Shown here: positions 58,455 to 64,000 of the stretch, piece by piece
Position numbering within the stretch: the stretch's first letter is position 1
Layout: each line of letters starts with the position of its first letter
Origin: Methanobacteriota archaeon
GTDB lineage: Archaea > JAADCQ01 > Methanopyri > Methanopyrales > Methanopyraceae
DNA length: 64,000 nt
Reading direction: 5' to 3'
Assembly (NCBI GenBank): GCA_027064425.1
Contig: JAMOPO010000015.1
Coordinates: 352,001 to 416,000, forward strand
Made by a program: the position numbers and the translations under genes
Notes under the pieces: model-generated
Database searches by the model: none
What the model saw: only the letters and a program-made list of their open reading frames with translations
Told to the model about the DNA's origin: nothing

Positions 58455-59606
58455 CAGCCCGGCCCAGAGTGCCGCGGAGAGCACCGACAGGCCCGCGGTG
58501 ACCAGGATCTGGGCGGTGGCGGTGGCGTCGAGGGCCCTGAAGCGCACCTCGTACAGCCCCGCCTCGCCCGCGGTCAAGGTCAGGGAGACCCGGCCCCTAT
58601 CGTCCGTCGTCAGCTGGAGCGTCTGCGTCCCGTCCGGGCCGCTGACCTCGACCTGGACGGGGAAGTCTGGGATCGGATCGCCCAGCCAGTCCGTGAGCTC
58701 GGCGGTGAGGGTGACCCGGCCCCCCGGCTGCGTGACGACGCTCTCCGGCGACAGGTGGATTACCCAGTCCGCTGGCAGCCGTTTCGCGGCCCAGAGGATG
58801 GCGTACACGAACAGCTTGATCATGTCGGGGTCGCGGTCCCGGCGGCCCATGATCTCCGGATGCACGCTCATGATGGCGAACCGGCCCTTCTCGACGCCGT
58901 CGACAATCCAGCGGCCGACGACGTAGGCCCAGCCCTTGACCTTCTCGAGGTACTTGATCACCCCGCGAACGTCGCAGTAGGCGCGGACGGTGTGCCAGCG
59001 CCTGTCGATGTAGTACTTGACCGTGTACCAGCCGCGCCTGAAGGCCATTCCGGGCCCGTTCGCGTAGTACATCCTCGTTTCGTAGGTGCTCCCCGGCTCG
59101 CTGGCGAGCGGGTTGGCCGGGTGCGGGAGCAGCAGCACGCGCGGCTCGGCGTGCCCCTTGAGCCCGTCAACCGCCTTGACGCACGGGAAGGCGCGGATGT
59201 ACGTGGTTGCACCCGCGCAGATCCCCACGTAGCCCAGCCCCAGGTGGAGCTGCGCCCACCGCAGCAGGTCGACCCAGTCTGAGCCCCAGTGATCCTCGGG
59301 CCGCCACCCGCCGGGCACGTAGACGACGTCGACGCGGCGGCCCGTCTTGGGATCGACGCCGGTGTACAGGATGTGTCGCCAGCGGTGCACGTTCTTGACC
59401 GGAATCAGCACCACTTTCTCCTTAACTGGGAGCTCCTGCAGGTGGCTGTTCCACCACTTCACGTCCCAAACGGAGGTGGTCCAGCAGTTGGTTTCCGGGT
59501 TGGGGTCGGTGTCTAGGCCCGGCCCGGTCCAGACGGCCACGTGAACCGTGGCGGTGGAGGGGAGTGGAAGCGTGAGGAGCGTCAAGAACGTTAGGACGTG
59601 ACGCAT
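58407..59606 (-). CDS. Exported protein: class I glutamine-amidotransferase-like (BPL_N) domain + Ig-like domain + C-terminal TM
   Basis: Signal peptide, VPGG, GYVGICAGA, YANGP, SVHPE; Big_1-like LTD..G.P..TTDDRG. Confidence 0.72.
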   Translation of the reverse strand: MRHVLTFLTLLTLPLPSTATVHVAVWTGPGLDTDPNPETNCWTTSVWDVKWWNSHLQELPVKEKVVLIPVKNVHRWRHILYTGVDPKTGRRVDVVYVPGGWRPEDHWGSDWVDLLRWAQLHLGLGYVGICAGATTYIRAFPCVKAVDGLKGHAEPRVLLLPHPANPLASEPGSTYETRMYYANGPGMAFRRGWYTVKYYIDRRWHTVRAYCDVRGVIKYLEKVKGWAYVVGRWIVDGVEKGRFAIMSVHPEIMGRRDRDPDMIKLFVYAILWAAKRLPADWVIHLSPESVVTQPGGRVTLTAELTDWLGDPIPDFPVQVEVSGPDGTQTLQLTTDDRGRVSLTLTAGEAGLYEVRFRALDATATAQILVTAGLSVLSAALWAGLLLLLRAGQRPQRHLH

Positions 59607-59630
59607 GATCCTCCCTCGGCGGGCCAAAGC

Positions 59631-59981
59631 TCAGAAGAAAATAACGTTGTCGGACTCCTTGACCCAGCTCACCAGGTCGTGCATGGTGGCGATCTCAACG
59701 CCGTCGATGAAGTCGTCCTCGGAGAGCCCCCGGGCCTTGGAGCAGGGTCCGCAAGCCTTGACCTCCGCACCCTGCTCGATGCACTGCTTCAGCAGCTCCA
59801 GATGGTTGGGCACCTCGTCGGGGTCCTGGTCCCTCTTGGCCAGGTACACACCGTCCTCGATCAGGAAGATCTTGACGTCCTCACCCTCGACGAGGGCCGT
59901 GAGGGCGAACCTCAGGGCGGTGTAGGCGCGCTCCCGCCCGTACGGCGCTTGGGAGATGATGACGGTGATCAACCCGCTCAC
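59631..59981 (-). CDS. DsrE/TusD-like sulfur relay protein
   Basis: APYG.E..YTALRFA, FLIEDGV, CGPCSKARG. Confidence 0.88.
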   Translation of the reverse strand: MSGLITVIISQAPYGRERAYTALRFALTALVEGEDVKIFLIEDGVYLAKRDQDPDEVPNHLELLKQCIEQGAEVKACGPCSKARGLSEDDFIDGVEIATMHDLVSWVKESDNVIFF

Positions 59982-60072
59982 CCCGGCCGCCGGCTCATGG
60001 TAACCGGGTTATGGCTTGCCTTCGGGCGGATCGATGGTCATCGAGTTATTTCCGCGGAGTCTGGTCCGCAAA

Positions 60073-60085
60073 CTTTAAATATAAG
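60073..60085. promoter_or_regulatory. TATA box (possibly bidirectional) between dsrE-like gene and TIP49
   Basis: CTTTAAATATAAG. Confidence 0.65.
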
Positions 60086-60114
60086 TGCATGACAGTCACC
60101 GAGGGCTGCGGATT

Positions 60115-61485
60115 ATGGTCGAGATCAAGGAGATTACCGAGACTTCCACCGACGAGGAGGTGGCGTCCGGAGCGCATTCACACATCGCGGGACTTGGCCT
60201 GGATGAGAACCTGAAGGCCAAGCCGGTCGGAGATGGTCTGGTTGGCCAGGAGGAGGCGCGGGAGGCCGCCGGCATTATCGTAGAGATGGTGAAGGAGGGC
60301 CGGCGGGCCGGGCACGGTCTGCTCCTGGTTGGACCGCCCGGAACGGGCAAGACCGCGATCGCGTACGGTATGGCCAAGGAGCTGGGTGAGGACGTCCCGT
60401 TCGTCTCGATCTCCGGCTCGGAGATTTACGGCACGAACCTGAGCAAGACGGAGTTCCTGCAGCAGGCGATCCGGCGGGCGATCGGCGTCGAGATCACGGA
60501 GACGCGAGAGGTGATCGAGGGTAAGGTGGAGAGCCTGGAGATCGAGCGTACGAAGCACCCGCTCTCGCCGTACATGGAGATGCCCAGCGGGGCGATCCTG
60601 GAGGTCAGCACGCAGGATGACCGGAGGAAGTTCAAGGTGCCCGAGGAAATCGCCGTGCAGCTGGTGCAGGCGGGTGTGCGGGAGGGTGACGTGATCCAGA
60701 TCGACCTGGAGAGTGGTCGGGTCACGAAGCTGGGTCGGGCGGAGGAGGAGCTGGAGAAGGAAGAGGAGGAGATCCTAGGCGTTCGGGCGGTGGAGGTGCC
60801 GGAGGGCCCGGTTCAGAAGAAGAAGGAGATTCGGCGCGTGGTCACGCTGCACGACCTGGACATGGCCAACGTGAGGGCTGGCCGGCTGCTGGGCTTCCGT
60901 GAGGAGGAGATCACGGACGAGATCCGGGAGAAGGTGGACGAGCAGGTGCAGAAGATGGTGGACGAGGGCGAGGCCAACCTGGTCCCGGGCGTCCTGTTCA
61001 TTGACGAGGCTCACATGCTGGACATCGAGGCGTTCGCGTTCCTGAACCGATCCCTAGAGGAGGAGATCGCGCCCATCCTGGTGATGGCCACCAACCGGGC
61101 GATGGCGAAGGTCCGAGGCACGGACGAGGAGGCGCCGCACGGCATCCCGGGCGACCTGCTGGACCGGCTGCTGATCGCGCGGACGCGGCCGTTCAAGCGT
61201 GAGGAGATCCGCGAGATCATCGGCATCCGGGCGCGGGTGCAGGACATCGAGCTGACGGATGAGGCGCACGAGTACCTGACCGACCTCGGCGAGGAGAAGT
61301 CGCTGCGGTACGCGACTCGGCTGCTCGAGCCGGCCCGGATCGTCGCGGAGAAGGAGGGCGACGACGTCGTCGACAAGAAGCACGTGGAGCGGGTCGAAGA
61401 GGTCTTCACCGACGTGTCGGACAGCGTGGAGTACATGGAGAAGATGCGCCGCGAGCTGCCGACGATGAAATACTTAACCGGGTAG
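60115..61485 (+). CDS. TIP49/RuvB-like AAA+ ATPase
   Basis: AHSHIAGLGL, GPPGTGKT, VTLHDLD, FIDEAHMLDIE, ATNR, PHGIP.DLLDR. Confidence 0.95.
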   Translation: MVEIKEITETSTDEEVASGAHSHIAGLGLDENLKAKPVGDGLVGQEEAREAAGIIVEMVKEGRRAGHGLLLVGPPGTGKTAIAYGMAKELGEDVPFVSISGSEIYGTNLSKTEFLQQAIRRAIGVEITETREVIEGKVESLEIERTKHPLSPYMEMPSGAILEVSTQDDRRKFKVPEEIAVQLVQAGVREGDVIQIDLESGRVTKLGRAEEELEKEEEEILGVRAVEVPEGPVQKKKEIRRVVTLHDLDMANVRAGRLLGFREEEITDEIREKVDEQVQKMVDEGEANLVPGVLFIDEAHMLDIEAFAFLNRSLEEEIAPILVMATNRAMAKVRGTDEEAPHGIPGDLLDRLLIARTRPFKREEIREIIGIRARVQDIELTDEAHEYLTDLGEEKSLRYATRLLEPARIVAEKEGDDVVDKKHVERVEEVFTDVSDSVEYMEKMRRELPTMKYLTG

Positions 61486-61521
61486 CCCCTCCCCCCACGC
61501 TTTTTTCAGGGGAGAACGACG

Positions 61522-63315
61522 TTGTCCGAGCACGACGAGGTCGAGGTGCTGGAGGTCCCGTGGGTCGAGAAGTACCGGCCCAAGAGGCTCGAGGACATCG
61601 TGGACCAGGAGCACGTGGTCAAGCGGCTCCAGGAGTACGTTAAGCGGGGCGACATGCCCAACCTGCTCTTCGCCGGACCGCCCGGCACGGGCAAGACCAC
61701 GGCCGCGCTGTGCCTGGCCCGCGAGCTCTACGGGGAGCACTGGCGGGACAACTTCCTCGAGCTGAACGCGTCCGTGTCGCCGGACACACCGCTGCTCGTT
61801 CGCGCGGGCGATAGGGTGTTCTTCGCCACCTTCCGCGACCTGGACGAGGCGCTGATCAGCGTGGAGGGCGACGTCAAGGTTCGCGTCCGGGGCCTTCAGG
61901 TCCTCACGGTCGTCGACGGGTGCCGCATCACCTGGGCGCCGGTGAAGTACCTGATCCGACACCGCGCCCCGGGTTACCTGCGCGTTCACCTGGAGTCGGG
62001 GCACGTGCTCGAGCTCACCGGCGATCACTCCGTCATGGTGCTCCGGGGCGACGGGCTCGAGGCCGTGCCGGCCTCCGCGCTGCGGGAGGGCGACGTGCTC
62101 CTGACCTTCCAGGCCCCGCTGGACCTGATGACGACCGAGCAGCTCGAGAACCTGGCCGGGATCGTCGGGGACATCGAGCTCAACTGGATGGCCCGGCTGT
62201 GCGGCGTGGAGGGCTTCGTCCGGGACGGCTCGTTCGAGGAGCCGGAGCTCCGGCGCGCGGTCCCGGCCGATCCGGTGCTCGAGCTGGCGCGCCAGGTGAG
62301 CCGGGACCTGGCGTGGGAGGTGGAGGCGCTCTCCGTGGACGGGCTGATCGACGCCGGCCTCGTGCTGGAGCTGCTCCCGGAGCGGCGGGACGTGAGCCCG
62401 GAGGCTCGACCGGCGTACGACCGGCTGCTGCGGCTGCTGACCTCGGACCTGCGCGGCCTCAGGATCCGGAAGATCGAGGTCGTGGAGCGCGAGGGGTACG
62501 TGTACGACGTCAGCGTGCCGGGGACGGAGATGTTCTTCGCGGGCGAGGTCCCGATCCTGCTGCACAACTCGGACGAGCGCGGCATCGACGTCATCCGCAC
62601 CAAGGTCAAGAACTTCGCCCGGACGCGACCGATGGGCGGTGCGAAGTTCAAGATCATCTTCCTGGACGAGGCGGACAACCTCACGAGGGACTCGCAGCAG
62701 GCCCTGCGCCGGATCATGGAGATGTACTCGGACGCGTGCCGGTTCATCCTGGCGGCCAACTACTCGTCCGCGATCATCGACCCGATCCAGAGCCGCTGCG
62801 TGGTCTTCAAGTTCACCAAGCTGCCGGAGGATGCGATCAAGGAGCGGCTGCGGGAGATCGCGGAGAACGAGGGCGTGGAGGTCACGGACGAGGCCCTGGA
62901 CGCGATCGTGTACGTGTCCGAGGGTGACATGCGCCGGGCCATCAACGTGCTGCAGGCCGCGGCCGCGCTGGGCGCGGAGGTTGATGAGGACACCGTGTAC
63001 CAGATCGCGGCCACGGCCCGGCCCGAGGAGGTCCGGCAGATGATCCACTACGCCTGGAACGGCGAGTTCGAGCGGGCCAGGGAGCTGCTGCACGAGCTCC
63101 TGTCGCGGTACGGGATGTCCGGCGAGGACGTGGTCCGACAGGTGCATCGCGAGGTGCTCGAGATGGATGAGATCCCGGACGAGGCGGTGCCAGAGCTGGT
63201 GGAGGCCGTGGGTGACTTCGAGTACCGGCTCGTGCGAGGCTCGGACGAGCGGATCCAGCTGGAGGCCCTCCTGGCCCGCATCCACGCGCTGGGTAGCAAG
63301 TACTCCGGCGGGTAG
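61522..63315 (+). CDS. rfcS: Replication factor C small subunit (intein-containing)
   Basis: PWVEKYRP, GPPGTGKT, LELNA|SDERG split by intein, DEAD, SRC. Confidence 0.96.
   Translation: MSEHDEVEVLEVPWVEKYRPKRLEDIVDQEHVVKRLQEYVKRGDMPNLLFAGPPGTGKTTAALCLARELYGEHWRDNFLELNASVSPDTPLLVRAGDRVFFATFRDLDEALISVEGDVKVRVRGLQVLTVVDGCRITWAPVKYLIRHRAPGYLRVHLESGHVLELTGDHSVMVLRGDGLEAVPASALREGDVLLTFQAPLDLMTTEQLENLAGIVGDIELNWMARLCGVEGFVRDGSFEEPELRRAVPADPVLELARQVSRDLAWEVEALSVDGLIDAGLVLELLPERRDVSPEARPAYDRLLRLLTSDLRGLRIRKIEVVEREGYVYDVSVPGTEMFFAGEVPILLHNSDERGIDVIRTKVKNFARTRPMGGAKFKIIFLDEADNLTRDSQQALRRIMEMYSDACRFILAANYSSAIIDPIQSRCVVFKFTKLPEDAIKERLREIAENEGVEVTDEALDAIVYVSEGDMRRAINVLQAAAALGAEVDEDTVYQIAATARPEEVRQMIHYAWNGEFERARELLHELLSRYGMSGEDVVRQVHREVLEMDEIPDEAVPELVEAVGDFEYRLVRGSDERIQLEALLARIHALGSKYSGG
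61771..62568 (+). mobile_element. Intein in RFC-S (266 aa, degenerate endonuclease)
   Basis: Starts SVSPDTP, block B LTGDHS, block F YVYDVSV, ends LLHN before extein Ser. Confidence 0.93.
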
Positions 63316-63320
63316 CCGCC

Positions 63321-64000
63321 TTGGTGCCATGGGTCGAGAAGTACCGGCCCAAGCGCCTCAAGGAGCTGGCGAACCAGGAGGAGGCGAAGAAGGAGCTGGT
63401 CGCGTGGGCCAACCAGTGGGCGCGCGGTGAGCCTCCCGAGCCCCGCGCCGTCCTCCTCCACGGTCCTCCAGGCACGGGCAAGACCAGCGCGGCCTACGCC
63501 CTCGCGAACGAGTTCGGCTGGGACGTGGTCGAGCTGAACGCCTCTGACAAGCGCACCCGGGATGTCATCGAGAAGGTCGTGGGCGGCGCCTCCGCCGGCC
63601 GCTCCCTCGCCCGACTGATCCAGCGGGCCGGCGGCCGCCACGAGCGGGTGGAAGGGTCGGATCGGGTCCTAGTTCTCGTGGACGAGGTCGACGGCATCGA
63701 CCCGCGCGAGGACCGGGGTGGCGTGACCGCGCTGATCCGGGCCGTGAAGCGCGCGCAGAATCCGCTCGTGCTGGTCGCCAACGACCCGTGGAGCCTGCCC
63801 AAGTCGCTGCGCGACGAGGTCCGGATGATCGAGTTCCGGCAGCTGCGGAAGCGGGACATCGTGAACGTCCTCCGCCGGATCTGCGAGTCGGAGGGCGTCG
63901 AGTACGACGAGCGCGCCCTCGAGATGATCGCCCAGCGGGCCCGGGGCGACCTCCGCGCGGCCATCAACGACCTCGAGGCGATCGCCCGGTCCACCGGTCG
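63321..64000 (+). CDS. rfcL: Replication factor C large subunit (3'-truncated by window edge; absent from ORF track)
   Basis: Manual translation MVPWVEKYRPK..LHGPPGTGKT..ELNASDKR..VDEVDG..GDLRAAINDL. Confidence 0.94.
   Translation, partial: MVPWVEKYRPKRLKELANQEEAKKELVAWANQWARGEPPEPRAVLLHGPPGTGKTSAAYALANEFGWDVVELNASDKRTRDVIEKVVGGASAGRSLARLIQRAGGRHERVEGSDRVLVLVDEVDGIDPREDRGGVTALIRAVKRAQNPLVLVANDPWSLPKSLRDEVRMIEFRQLRKRDIVNVLRRICESEGVEYDERALEMIAQRARGDLRAAINDLEAIARSTG

Noticed and set aside
59985-60050. Possible C/D-like RNA upstream of the dsrE-like gene
   Set aside because: One GATGA/CCGA pair on the minus strand but irregular spacing and no clear second pair

Overview
GC-rich (roughly two-thirds G+C by eye) archaeal chromosome segment, almost certainly Methanopyrus. 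The evidence is a heterodimer-type reverse gyrase B subunit, a tRNA gene with C at position 8, an M. kandleri-like Hmd/Mtd, an RFC-S intein and acidic proteins. It is a core region with no CRISPR array, transposase or prophage visible. Main contents: proteasome beta/aCPSF1/purM; two separated, oppositely oriented halves of the spc ribosomal operon; aks (coenzyme B) genes; an ABC exporter; reverse gyrase; RNA-modification enzymes; RNase P RNA; tRNA-Gly; nreA/kaiC/pelota; a sepF cluster; a complete hmd-hcgA-G-mtd cluster; TIP49; rfcS(intein)-rfcL. Signals not explained by the ORF track: (1) a dispersed 25-bp intergenic palindrome AATCGTTACGA-N3-TCGTAACGATT in 4 copies, each just downstream of a gene 3' end; (2) several unannotated C/D and H/ACA guide-RNA candidates, including a mixed cluster at 19.3-19.6 kb; (3) probable ATC/CTG start codons; (4) a divergent histone-fold candidate; (5) two orphan ORFs that look paralogous. 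All product calls rest on motif recognition and recalled family knowledge; no database searches were run.
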